A stretch of DNA of 64,000 nucleotides from Camelus ferus. Its lineage: Eukaryota. Position numbers and translations under genes: made by a program. Below, piece by piece: positions 46,986 to 59,828 of this stretch. The first letter of the stretch is position 1. Every line of letters starts with the position of its first letter. The stretch covers positions 20,646,001 to 20,710,000 of the forward strand of contig NC_045717.1 of the NCBI RefSeq assembly GCF_009834535.1. Direction: 5' to 3'. The notes under the pieces are model-generated. The model saw only the letters and a program-made list of their open reading frames with translations, did not search any database and had not been told where the DNA came from.

Positions 46986-49900
46986 CTTCTTTTGAAGGGG
47001 GTTGGGGGGTGGGGGTGGGCAGGGAGGAGTAGTTGAACCTGTGGTGGGGTGTAAGGGGAAGGATGGAACACGATCAGCGGTGGGGACTGGAAGTTGGCAT
47101 ATGTGACTTCATCACATGTCCTCTTTGCTGTTGGCTATTTTGAAATTCTAATAAAAAAGCCTTTTCTAAAAAAGAGAAATGAGTGAAGATATTTCTTAAG
47201 GGGAGCTGTTGGCTACCTGCAAATCTCCATCTCACCCTCTTGGGACATGAGGTAACCCAGTGGCTGGAGAGGGAGGGGACTTCACAGCCTTTGAAAAGCA
47301 TCCCTGAAGGCAGGACACCCAGGACTCAGGCTGACTCTGGATTAAAAAAGCTCAAGGGAGCCCTTGGGGCTGGGATATGACCCCCAGGAGACCCAGAGGG
47401 TGAGAGGCAGGCAGCGCTGGCGGTGGAGTCAGGGTGTCTGCTGATTGGTGGTCGGCATTGGAGCCCCACTGGGAGGGATGAGAGGGTAGGACCAGATCCC
47501 AGGGGCCAACAGAAGAGCCACAACCTACATCAAAGATGCCCCCACCCCAGCGAAGGGTTCTCCAGGAAAGAGGAAGCTTCAAAAGAGCCCTTCACCCTCA
47601 AACACTTTACCATATTGCTAGGGCATCAAAAAGAGTAATGCCACCAGCCAAGGGGGGACTGCCCTGTCCCCTCCTCCCTGCACCTAGGCAGGAGGGACCC
47701 AAAGGCTGCTGACAGGAGTCAAGGGGGACAGAAAGAGGGTCAACAGCGGGGGAACCAGGCCCTTTGTCTCTACCAAGCCCTCCAGCCTGGAAAGGCCTGA
47801 CCCGGGGCTCCCATCCAACACCAAGTCAAGTTCAGAGATTTGAACAAGATGCTGATTTGGGCCCAAGTGCCGGGCAGAATTCTCAGCCAGGGTCAAGGCC
47901 AAATCCACAACAGAATAAATTTTGAAAGAGTAGAGGAAGAAGCCAAGTTATGTTTTGATCAACATCCAAACATCATGAATTTTAGCTTCATACCCTAGAG
48001 GAACTGTGCTGCTTGAAGGAACAAATCTGTGAGAACAGAGGAGGAAGTAGGTATATCTGCTGAGGAAGTTTGAGGAGAGATTCTCAGAGCCGAGTCCTAA
48101 GGAAACACAAATAGAAACTACTTACTATCTGCTCCCCCTGCCCACGAATGGTCTTACTGAAATCTCATGTCCACCCTTTGAGGTGTATGTTACAGCTGAG
48201 GCCACCAAGGTTCCAACAGGGGAAGTGGCTTGCTCAAGGTCACAGCTTGTGGCACCGTGGCCACATCCCCTCGGCACTTGCTGGTCCACGCACACCCCTG
48301 GCAGCCTCTGCTGCAGGACTGTGCTGGGTTTGTCCACTGGACGGGTCAGAAAGGCTGTGGACCCACAATAACATACCACTTCCCACCAACTGGGAGGGCA
48401 AAAATAATAATGATAAAACAAAACAAATATTGGCAAGGATGTGAAGAAATTGGAACCCTGCAAGCTTTGTATATTGCTGGTGAGAGTGTGGAGTGGTGCG
48501 GCTGTTAGTCCCTCAAAAAGATAGACATGGAACTACCCTGTGACTCAACAGTTCAGCTAGGTATGGACCCAAAAGTACTGAAAACATGTCTATACAAAAC
48601 CTTGTGCATGAAAGGTCATAGCATGATTCATAACAGCGGAAATGTAGAAACAACCCAAATGTCTATCAGTTAATGGATGGATAAACAAAACGTGATATAT
48701 CTTTTCGATGGAATATTATTCAGACTGTGGCCTGAACATGACGGAATTTCCTCAAAAAAAAAATTAAAAATAGAACTACCATATAATCCAGCAATTCCAC
48801 TCTGAGTATTTGTCCAAAAGAGAACAAATTGCTATCTTGAAAAGCACCTTGTGCTCCCAGCCCTGTTCCAAACTTGTGGGTGAAATCCTCTGATAACCTT
48901 TTGTAAAAGCGATAGGAAGGGAATTCTGGGTTGGGGGAACAGCACAAGCAGAATGCCCAGAGAACAAAAGAAGTTCACGTATTCGGCACATACGTCTTAA
49001 CCATCTGCCTGTAATGACCAGACAGTGATGCAGGTGCTGGGACTGACAGGGTCCCTGGCCTTCCAGAGCTCATACAAAAGCAGGTGACAGGCAATCAAGT
49101 CAAAAGTATTTCAGCAAGTGAATGAAGTTTTAGGAATGAAACCATTAGGGCAAGTGACAGGGAATAACCAGGGTGTGGCCCAAGATGGAAGAGGCCAGGG
49201 AGAGGAGGAGGCTCAGGCCACAAGAAAAGAAGGGCTGGCCACATCAGGGATGAGGGAAAGAGTGTTCCAGGTCAAGGAACTGCGGGATGGCCACATCAGA
49301 GCTCAGAATGAGCGGCGAGCAGACATGATGCCATGGAGTGGGGTTAGGGTAGTTCTCCTGGGTCCACAGCCTCTGGTCTGCAGCGGGTCCATTTCCTGAT
49401 CTTCCCGAGACTCCTTGGCACCCTGAAGGAAGCCCTGCCCTTCCTGGTGGTTGCAGCCCAGGATTGGGGAGCATCTACTTTCCTCTCTTTCAAGGAAGTA
49501 CAAAGGCTGTGTACTAGTGGGAGGTGCATGCTTCCTCTGCCAAATGGCTCCCCATTTTCAGCCCATCCTTATCTCAGGAAATGGCCCTCCACTCTTTCTG
49601 GACCTCAGACCAGGACCAATTAGTTGAACTTGACTCTGCCCTGCCCCCAAGTCCCAGCAAGTACTAGCTGGCCCTGCTCCCAAAATGGATGCCAAATTTG
49701 ACCACTTCACCAGGGCCCACCCCAAGCTCCATCACTGCTCCCCTGCATAGGAGCAGTCACCTCTTCTCTGATCTCCTGGCTTCCTCCCTCTCCCACCCCT
49801 TCCTCCCCACCATCTAACTGTAGCTCCTGCCATCTCAGGAGGGTGCCTGTAAACACCTGAGTCAGGTGTCCCGCCTCTACTCAGAACCCTCCAGGGCTCC

Positions 49901-50429
49901 TGCCTCACTCAGACAAAAGACCAAAGTCCTCCCAGGCCATGCTCTGCCTCATCCCCTCCCTGCCCTCCTCTCTCCTCCAATTCTCTCCCTCCCTTACAGC
50001 ACTCCAGCAACACTAGCCTCTTGGACGTTCCTTAAGGCAGTTCCTACCTCAGGGCCTTTGCACATTCAGTGCTCTCTGCCTGGGACACTCTTTCCCTGAT
50101 GTTGTCAGGACTCTCTCCTCATCTCCCTCTGGTCTTTGCTCAGTCTTTCCCAGAATACTCTATTTAAAAGTTTATTAACCCTCACATTTCCTATTCCCTT
50201 CTCTGCTTTGCTTTTCTCTTGGCACTAATCACAAGCTAAGTCTCCACATATTTTATTTTCCTTTCTTTCTGTCGTCCTCACTAAGAGGATCTCAGCACAA
50301 TGGCAGACATTCTTGTCTATTCTCTTCATTGCTGTGTCCTCAGCACCTGGAAGGATGCCTGGCAAACAGTGGGCTCTCAATCAACACTGAACAGCATATT
50401 GAGAGACAGAAGGGAAAAACCACGCTTTT

Positions 50430-52084
50430 ATGGCTGAAAGGGGAACCTGGGCCGCGCGGGGGAGCTCTCCGCCAGCGCACGTCGGACAGAGGCCAAAGGA
50501 TGAGGTGACGCCAGTCTAATAAAAATACGCCGGAAAATGACCCCCGGCAGAGGATTTTCCCAGACCCTCCCAGGGACATCCCCAGTTCCGACTCTGCGCC
50601 TTTGTCCAGGCCGTTTAGGGCTGGATTTCAGTACCCTCCACCCTCCAAGAGGAAAGATCCCCGTGTAAAATCCTTAGGAATAATCAATCGGGGTGGAGCG
50701 ACGGACGGTTTTCTGACTAAAGAGTGACTCGCAGCTCCTTCCCCGAGAAGAAGGACCCGAGCGTCCCTGAGGCCCCCCTCCCTTCCCCTTCTGCTGCGCG
50801 ACCTCCTTGGCCCCTCTGAGGTCTCCATGGCGACGCGGCGCGCGCCCCACAACAGGAAGCCTCGCTGCCGGCTCGGAGATTCCAGGGTCCCCGGCCTTGA
50901 TGCGGTGGATGCCGTGTCTTGGGGTCACACGCGCAGGCGTGGCCTGTGTGCGGGTTGGGGGCGGCCTATGACCGCGGCACTATGCCTCCGCGAGGCCCTA
51001 ATGGAACTAGCCCGAGCATGAACCCGCAGAGCCTTGGTGCAGGCCCTAAGGGTTCGAGTTTCGGCAGCTGCGCGGAGAGGGCGGGGGTTTGAATGACCCC
51101 CCCCAACTTCGGGGCCTCGGAGCTGCCTCAGTTTCCCTGCAGAAAGCAAGAATTCGAGCGCCCCCTGTCCCCTCTCCCGTCAAGGTCGGCTGCCTCAGTT
51201 TCCCCGCGGAGCCTGGGAACGGTAGCCGAGGGGCTCCAAGCGTCAGGACCACGCGGCTTCCTTCCTTTTTCTGGAAGCTGTAAACACGCCCCTGCGGCCC
51301 AAAAGGAGAAGCGAGGCCGCGGGGATTGGGGGCTGGGGGTGGGAGCGCCCATCCGTCTGGGATGCGGAGCCCCGGACGTGATGCGCTGCGCGTCCTCACC
51401 CCACAGGGTTCACTGGCGCCTGGAGAAGCCTGGGCCTGCTGCGGTCGCTTCTCGAGAAATCTGTGTCAGCTGGGCGGGGACATGCCCCGTGGAGGAGGGG
51501 CACCCTTGATTGAGAGGGCCCCAGGAGGATTCCTGGGCTCCCACCCAAGCGAGGGACCATTCACTCGGTTAAAGATGTCTGCGTGCGCTAGGGAATCAGC
51601 CTTGTGTTCGAATACCCTCCAGGATGGAGCCTCAGTTTACCCGTCTGGGGAACGGACACAATAATAGTCCCCGCTGTCCAGGCTGGTTGGCGGTATTCTG
51701 TAAAGGGCTTAGCGCAGTGTAAACGCACAATCAAGTTTAGCCCGGCCCAGGGACGTGACCCCTAGCGCCTGGAGCAGCTCCAGGGTTGTTGTCGTCAGGC
51801 CGCCGCTGCCAGGCGGCCTTCATTACTTCAATTCGGAAATTCCGGTGCTTGAGCGGCCAGCGAGCGGGCACAACCTGGCTCAGGCCCGGCACCCTCTCAA
51901 TCCGGAAACGCCTGAGTCTTCGTTCTGGAGGGGAAAGCGCGAGGTTTCCGGGAAAGCAGCACCGCCCCTCGGCCCCCGGTGGCCGGCCGGTATATAAGGA
52001 CCCGCGCAGTCGTCGGCGCCACAGTCCTCCCGCCACACGCCTCCGCGCGTCTGTGCCACCTCATCCGCCCTACCTCCGCCCGTG
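50430..52084 (+). promoter_or_regulatory. ICAM1: ICAM1 promoter / CpG island with C/EBP-like, NF-kB, GAS (pIgRE), Sp1 and TATA elements
   Basis: ATTACTTCAAT 51822-51832, GGAAATTCC 51835-51843, palindromic TTTCCGGGAAA 51945-51955, ACCGCCCC 51961 and TATATAA 51991-51997, in the order known for the human ICAM1 promoter. Confidence 0.92.
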
Positions 52085-55000
52085 ATGGCTCCCGGCGCCG
52101 CCCATCCCGCGTTGCTTGCGCTCCTGGCCCTGCTCGGGGCTCTGCTCCCAGGTGAGTCAACGATCGGGGCTGCCGTCGGGCCGGCTCTCAGAATCTAGAA
52201 TCCCGGCTGCGCCCCGAGAGCGGTCAGAGAACCGGCTCCCAGCCAGCTGGACACAGGGCCACTTGCGCTCGGATAACTGTTTATGGGAAGTTGAGGCGAG
52301 AGCCACTGATTGAAAATCAACAGCCATAGGTTCGAATCCAGGCCAGCATCATGACTCGATGTGTGGCTTCGGACTATGGGCCGCCTCTCCCAGAGAAGCC
52401 TCAGGTTTTCGGCTGTAAAATGGAGAAATTGATAGCGGCCACCTGGCAGTGGTTGTATCCTGGCCCCAGGTGGTGGTCTGACGCTGTGGAGATGTGGCGC
52501 CGCGCGAAGCTGAAGTAGACTGGGGACCCCCCCCCACGCACACATGCACATTCTGTTCCTCATCCCCTGCCCTTTGGGGAAGTCCAGAACTCTCTGCCCA
52601 GGGGAATTCCAGGGCTGACTTGGCCAGGGAGCAGAGGCAGAGAAGTGGGACGCCCCAGCAGCCCTCCATCAACTCCAGCCAGGAGGGAGAAGGGAATGGG
52701 GGCAGTGGGTCTCAAGTGGTGGTCCGTGTCGGGAAGTGGGAGAGTTAGAAATCAGTTCCGCGGTTACCAGCTTCACAAAGGCTTCTAATCCGGACTCCAG
52801 TCTGGAGTCTACCACTTTCTAGCTGAGTAACCTTCCTTTTTCAGGCCTCACCATCTCCCTCTGTGAAATGGGAATGATTCCAGACTCACCCTTGGAGAAT
52901 TCACAGAGCTGCTGTTCCCACACTTCCACCAACACCACCTCCACCTCAGATAGAGTAGACCCAAAGCTGAGGGCAGAGATCTTTGTGGGGGGGCAGTAGG
53001 ATCAGGAATCTCAGACATTTTTTCCTCTTTGGAAGCACCACAGTCTGAGGGAACTAATCCCAACAACCCCCCCTTCCTTCCTACCTGTAGCCACTCACTA
53101 CCTGTCCTGTGCTAGAAGTTAGCTGCATTAGCAGGGGGTGGGGTGAGTGTATTGACCCACTTTACAGATGGGGAAATTGAGGCCCAGAGATGGGACACGA
53201 CTTGTCCAAGGGAGTGAGGAGCAAGCCTGAGTGAAACCCCTTCATCCCTGGAGGGCTGACTCCCTCCACCTGACCTCTTAGGAGGGAGAAGGACACTGAC
53301 TTCATGCCCCTCTTTTGCTGAAATCCTCCATGGCTCCCTATTGCTTTCAGAATAAAGAACACATCCTTAGCATGGCTTCCACTGCTTGCATGATCTTCCT
53401 GGCCTCATTTCCCCCCAACTCATGCTCCCTTACTCTGCTCCAGCCACTCTGCCTCAGGACCTTTGCATTTGCTATTCCTTTTGCCTGAAATTCATTTCCC
53501 TTTCCTCTGGATAGCCAGCCCCTGCTCATCATTCAGATCTCTGCTCGTACATTAGCCTGTCACCAAGGCACTGTCTGTTCTATCACCCCACTTTGTTTTT
53601 GCCAAAGCTCTCTTTAGCATCAGTTATTAATTATGTTGTTTGCTCATGAATTTTTTGTCTCCCACACGGAAGGCAGAGTTCTGTCTTGTTCAAGGCTGGG
53701 TGCAGTAATGTTGATGACCCTTTTTTGTCATGCCTTTCCCCTCCTCACCTTTTTGTTCCAGGGCCAGGAGGTGCTGAAACATCAGTGCAGCCCCCAAAAG
53801 CCATCATACCCCAAGGAGGTTCTGTGAGAGTGACCTGCAGCGCTTCCTGTGACCACCCGAGCATTTTGGGCTTAGAGACCGAGCTAACTAAGAAGGAAGT
53901 GGACCATGGGGAAAACTGGAAGACTTTTGAACTGACCAATGTGCTGAGTGACAGCACTCCAAAATGCTTCTCAACCTGTTCCGAAAATCAGTCGTCAACT
54001 TCAGTGAGCATCATTGTATACCGTGAGTGGCTGGGCCCAGGGCTGGACTAGGCAGGCTTGGGCAGTGGGAGGTGGACCGGGGAGTCCCCAGCAGGCTGGG
54101 GCAGCCTTTGTTGCTTGGTGATGGGGCCACGGTCTCACTGCAGGGCAGATGGGCCCATCTTCGGAAAGCATCTGGACATCTGGACATCTGGAACCCTTCC
54201 TTGAACTTCCTTGGGCGTGCATTTAGAACATTGACAGGGATTCAGTACATTCGAGAATTGTGGCTTCCTAGGCCTCTTTAAACACATGACAAGGTTCTAG
54301 ATCTAACTCTTAAAAAAAAAAAAGTGCAAATTAAAACTAGCCCTGAGATGGCATTTTTCACATATTGGCAACAATCCAAAGAATTGATAACAGATGTGCT
54401 GGCAAGGGTGAGGGGAAGCCAGCAGTCCCAGGATGTTTCTGACAGTATGGGGGTGAAAAGAACTCAAACCCAGGTGGGGAAGTGGGCATCAGTCCTCAAA
54501 TGGCGTGTGTCCTTTGACACAGAAACTGCACTCATGGGAAATGGACTTGTGGGTGTCCCTGCCCATGAGAGAACTGAGGGAGTGTGGGGTTACTCACTGT
54601 GGCTTTCTCTGGGAGGGCAAAAGTTTGCAGGCCACCCAAATACAGGGGCTGGGAAGATCAGACGTGACTCAGCCGTCCCATGGATAGTATGCAACTGTGT
54701 AAAAGAAATAGACAAAGGCGCCTCGTGTCCTGAAAGAGAATGAATTCCAAGGTGTACGGTCAAGTTCAAAAGAAATATGGTATGCCCAAAATGAGTGGCG
54801 TGCCAGCCTCGGTGCTAAGGAACCACAGGGGTGAGGGAGGCTGTGTTTCTGTATTAAACAGCCTGGAAAGGAAATGCAAGAAATGACAATTATTTTTGAT
54901 TTGTTATTTGGGGGAAGGAAATTATGTTTGTTTGTTTATTTTCGTTTTTGTTTTTACTGAGTTATAGTCAGTTTACAATGCTGTGTCAATTTCTGGCATA

Positions 55001-58000
55001 CAGCACAATTTTTTAGTCATACATGAATATACATATATTCATTTTCATATTCTTTTTCCCTGTGAGCTACCACAAGATCTTGTATATATTTCCCTGTGCT
55101 ATACAATATAACCTTGTTTATCTATTCTATATGTATTATATATATATCTATCTATTCTATTTATGCTAACTCATTCTCACACTTCAAAATGCCCAAAGTA
55201 AGAAAAAAGACACACGGAGAAAACTCATCCCCTGACCTCTCCCAGAGCCCCCCAGCTTAGAATGAGTTAGCATTACCATAAGCAAGCAATAGATCAATGA
55301 AATTCAAAACAAAGCAAAAAGGTAAGGAAGAAAAACAGAGAGCTGGCCAACTGGCTTTGGAATTAGACAGCCTTGTGTTCTAGTCCCAGCAGGACTGTCA
55401 CTAACCAGGTGACCCTGGAGTGTTGGGAAAGGGGTACACATAACTTCCTGATTGACTCCCATGAGACCTCCTTGCATGAGTTTAATGATGCAGAGAGACC
55501 TGAAGGACATTCCACCTTCACGGTACCTGCCAAAGGAAGATTTTGGGCAAATATTGGCTTTGCTTCTGAAGTGAAGGATGTCTGAGCAAATGTCCGCCAG
55601 GTGAGGGAAGTCCCCAAACATTCCCAGTTGCCTCTGAAAACACCCAGGAAACCTCCTCGCGGGACCTTACACCTCTCAGTCTGAGAGTTGAAAGCCCAAC
55701 CCTTCAGGTTTGAGTCTCTGCCCGAGTTCTCCCTTTGGGACTCTGGGTGCTAGACTTTGCCCTAGTTTTCACCTCTGTGAAATGGAGCAGATGGCCGCAT
55801 GTAGTAGCAAGGGGTCACCTAGGAGAGATTCTAGCTTAGTCCTGCCCCCACCCAGGGTAAAGATGAAATTGCATCTCTAGGTGCCTGAGCTTTCTCTAGA
55901 AAGAGTTGTAATTCCTGCAGGAGGTGACCCCCAACTGGGCTTTGAAGGATGCGTAGGAATTGGCAAAGACAGGCATTCTAGACAGAAGGAACAGTCTGGG
56001 TGAAGGTTTGGAGAGGGGAAACATGGTGATCTGGGGTTGAGGAGGCAAGGGGGACTGAATATCAACAGATTGGTGTGGCTGGAGCTGAGTCTGGCGGGAC
56101 CTCAAATGCCAGGCCAAGGAGTTGAGGTCTTTTCCTTAGGGTGATCAGGAGCCCCGGAGGGTGTGTGAGCAGACCAGGAATCTAGATCGCAGAAGGCTGG
56201 CCTTACAGGAAGCCAGAGAGCTGCTGGCCATGGACCCAGTCCACGTCGCACATGTCACAACTGTGGCTGCATGCAAGAAGGGAGAGACAGACAAATACTT
56301 GAAGGGTGGAGTGACCAGGACTTAGTGAGGGACTAAAATTGTGGAATCAAGGAGAGATGCAGGCAAGACAGACCTCCTCCCTAAGTCTGGCCTTAAAGAC
56401 AAGAAGCTGGGCTTGGAGATGTGAGTTTGATCTGGGGCTGTGGTTTGAGAGGGGCCTCCAGCTCTGCAAGTGGGGGTTTGTAACAGGTGGTTAGACGTAA
56501 AACTTGAATCTCTAAGGGGTTTCTCAGCCTTTTTTTTTTTAACAGCTTTTCGAATACAGTGCAATGAATTTGTATTTATAGAGTGTATTTATAGAGTTGT
56601 GCAACCACAATGTGGATTAAGAACACATCCATCACCTTAAAAACTAATTTCATGCCTATTTACAGTCACTCTCTCTACTTCTGAAGTGGATTAAGAATAG
56701 GCCTACCTTCACAACATTGTAAAATGACTATAACTCAAAAAAATGTTAAAAAAAAAAAAAAAAGAATAGTCCTAACTCCACTAGCCCCAGTTCACAGTGG
56801 AGAGAACTGAGGCTTCGCTTCCGTAGCCCAGAGGGGTGGGAAGGTTCCAGTGGCAAAGTCAATCCCCCTCAGCCCATCGTGAAAAACCAGCAAAGCTAGG
56901 AATCCAAACCAGACTCCTAACACTTTAACAGCACTGCCAAGTGACATTTTAGGGTCTCCTGAGGTGGGAATAGGAAGTGGGAGGCCTTAAGACCCCTCCC
57001 TGAGGAGCCTGGCGGGGTGGTCTCAGTGTTAAGCCACAGGTCACCGGGGCTCTGCTGGTGATTTTTTTTTTCTTGCTAGTGATTTTCACCAGCATTCCAG
57101 GCTTAGAATTCTGTTTCCTCATATAGATTGGAGACCTCGGCGTGCGGAACCCAAGCCTGCCTGTTGTTTTTCAGGGGATACTCAGAGTTTCGTTTTGCAT
57201 GTCCATGGATTGGTCTTACATTTTGAACATTTCAGGGGATCCCACAGCTCCTTCGGGAACTTCTTTCCCTTAAAAGGAAACTCCCAAATGGCCTCAAATT
57301 AGAGTGGGTGGTTCAACCTTATTCTTTCTGCAAATATGGAGTACCTACTGGGTGTCAAGGACCCAACAGGGGACAAAGCAAAGATCCCTTCCCTCCTGGG
57401 CTGACATTCCATGGCGGGAAAAGAGGAGAAACAAGTTAACTGAGTAGACGATTTTGTATGTGAAAGGTGTGGGTGCTATGGACAAAAATAAGGTCAAAAA
57501 GAGAAGGGAGAGCACGAGTCTTTTCATAAATGTCTAGAGGGTGGGCAGCTTAAATGTACTTTGTTTATTTGCCCCAAATCCCAATGAGAGACTTTGACGT
57601 TTTTTCCCACCTCCCGCTTTCAGATGCTGCAGTGAATAAAGAATTTTTTTGCCCCCTTCACAACCACTTGCGGACTTCTTACCGGTTTATCCTGAAGCTC
57701 TTAACATTCCTATCTGGCTTAGGTGGTTTTGGGTGTGTTTTGGGGAGAGAGTGGTGAGGCTCCTTAAGCAGGTGTGGCCAGAGGCACCCCAGCACCGCGC
57801 TGTGGGCGGGCAGCCAGCCCGTCCAGTTCACACAACACTTGCCCCTCTAGGGTTCCCGGAACACGTGAAGCTGGCCCCCCTGCCCACCTGGCAGCCCGTG
57901 GACGAGCATTTCATTCTGACCTGCCAGGTGTCTGGCGGGGCACCGCGGGCCCACCTCAGTGTGATGCTGCTCCGCGGGGAGGAGGTGCTGGAGCGGCAGC

Positions 58001-59828
58001 CAGTGGCAAAGGGGGAGTCCACCGAGGTCATGTTCACGGTGCTGGCGAAGAGAGAAGACCACGGTGTCAATTTCTCTTGCCGCACGGAGCTGGACCTGCG
58101 ATCCGAAGGACTGGGACTATTCCAGAACAGCTCGGCCCCCAGGAAGCTCCAAACCTTTGGTGAGACACTGGGGAGCCAGCGGAGAGGATGGGATAGGGAA
58201 ATTTCCTTCTTGGGGTGCAGGGTTCCTGGGAAGGAGAGGCCTGTGGCCATGGGGGTGCTGAGAAGGTGGTGACCTAGATTGCAAAGGTTTTGGGGAAGAG
58301 CATGTTCTTGGCCACTGGGGTGGAGTGTTCTGGAATGGGTGCCTGGACTGCAGGATCTTCTGAGAAGGCTGTGACCTGGGGCAGGTGGTGTGTGTATCCT
58401 GGGACAAGGGTGACCCAGGCCACAGTTTCCCGGGAAGAGGGTGTTCCAGGTGGGGGAATGGAAATGCCCCAGGAAAGGGCTTCAAGATGTCTGTCTCATC
58501 TCTGTTTACACCACCACCCTTACCAGTCCTGCCAATGACCGGCCTGCACCTTGATACCCTCCGGATTGTGGAAGTGGGCACACAGTGGCTCGTGAGCTGC
58601 ACTCTGGATGGGCTGTTCCCAGCCTCAGAGGCTGAGGTCCACATGGCACTGGGGGACCAGAATTTGGAACCCAAAATTGTGAACCATGGTGACTCCCTCT
58701 TGGCCACAGCCTGGGTCAAGAGCAACGAGGAGGAGGGCACCCAGCATCTGGTATGTCAGGTGACGCTGGGAGACCAGACGCGGAGTAGACTGGAGAATGT
58801 GACCATCTACAGTAAGTAGAAACCTGGGCGGGGCTTCTGAGGGGGCAGGGCTAGAACCCACGGTGGGTCTCACTGTGTGCCTGCCCCACCTCCAGGCTTC
58901 CCAGCTCCCTACCTGACCCTGAGCAGGCCCCAGGTCCCAGAATGGACAACAGTGACTGTGGAGTGCAAGGCCCACGCAGGAGCCGTGGTGACGCTGGAGG
59001 ATGCCCCAGCCAGGCTTGGTGCCCCGAGGGCCCAACTCCAGCTGAACGCCAGTGCCGAGGACAATGGGCGCAGCTTCTCCTGTTCTGCTGCCCTAGAGGT
59101 GGCTGGGCAGTGGCTATACAAGAACCGGACCCTGAAGCTCAGTGTCCTGTGTAAGTGGGGCATCTGGACAATGACCCCTAACCTCCAGGGCCCAACCCTC
59201 ACCTCCACCCTGCTGAGCCCCCTCCCCAGATTCCTACCTAAGTCTTTCAGTCCTAGATGGTGAGTGATGTCTTAGTCCCTGACCCCATCTGTCATCTTGC
59301 TGTGTTTCTTCAGATGGCCCCCGACTAGACGAGAGAGATTGCCCAGGAAACTGGACGTGGCAGGAAGGGTCCCAGCAGACCCTGAGGTGCCAGGCCCGGG
59401 GGAACCCACTCCCCAAGCTGAAATGTAGCCGGAAAGGGGACGGGGCTTCGCTGCCCATTGGGGACCTGAGACCTGTCAAGCGGGAGGTTGCAGGCACCTA
59501 CCTGTGTCAGGCCAACAGCTCTCGCGGTGTCACCAAGCGGGAAGTGGTCGTGAACGTGATCTGTGAGTGCCAGAGTTTGGAGCTGGGCAGGGTGGGGGCA
59601 GTGAACCCAGCTCGAGCCTCACCGCCCCCTTGTGTCCTCCCCATAGACCACCAGAATATCCCAGCCATCATCGTTCCAGTGGTAGCTGTTATCACCTTGG
59701 GTGCTGTAGGTGCTGCTGCTTACATCTATTACCGTAAGCAGAAGAAGCAGATATACGAGCTGCAGAAGGCCCAGAAGGGCTGGGAAAAATCTGGCAAGAA
59801 ACTGAACACACCAGCCACGCCGCCCTGA
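52085..59828 (+). CDS. ICAM1: Intercellular adhesion molecule 1 (CD54), 535 aa, 7 exons
   Basis: Exons 52085-52151 (signal), 53762-54022 (D1, LGLET motif with the LFA-1 Glu), 57851-58159 (D2), 58527-58811 (D3), 58896-59150 (D4), 59314-59562 (D5), 59647-59828 (TM and tail, ends ATPP). Total 1608 nt, all phase-1 GT-AG introns. Confidence 0.98.
52576..52610 (+). promoter_or_regulatory. Tandem NF-kB sites in ICAM1 intron 1
   Basis: GGGGAAGTCC at 52576-52585 and GGGGAATTCC at 52601-52610. Confidence 0.6.
54926..55135 (-). mobile_element. Young L1 3' end in ICAM1 intron 2
   Basis: Reverse complement of the same L1 terminus (agttatagtcagtttacaatg...ccctgtgctataca). Confidence 0.8.
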
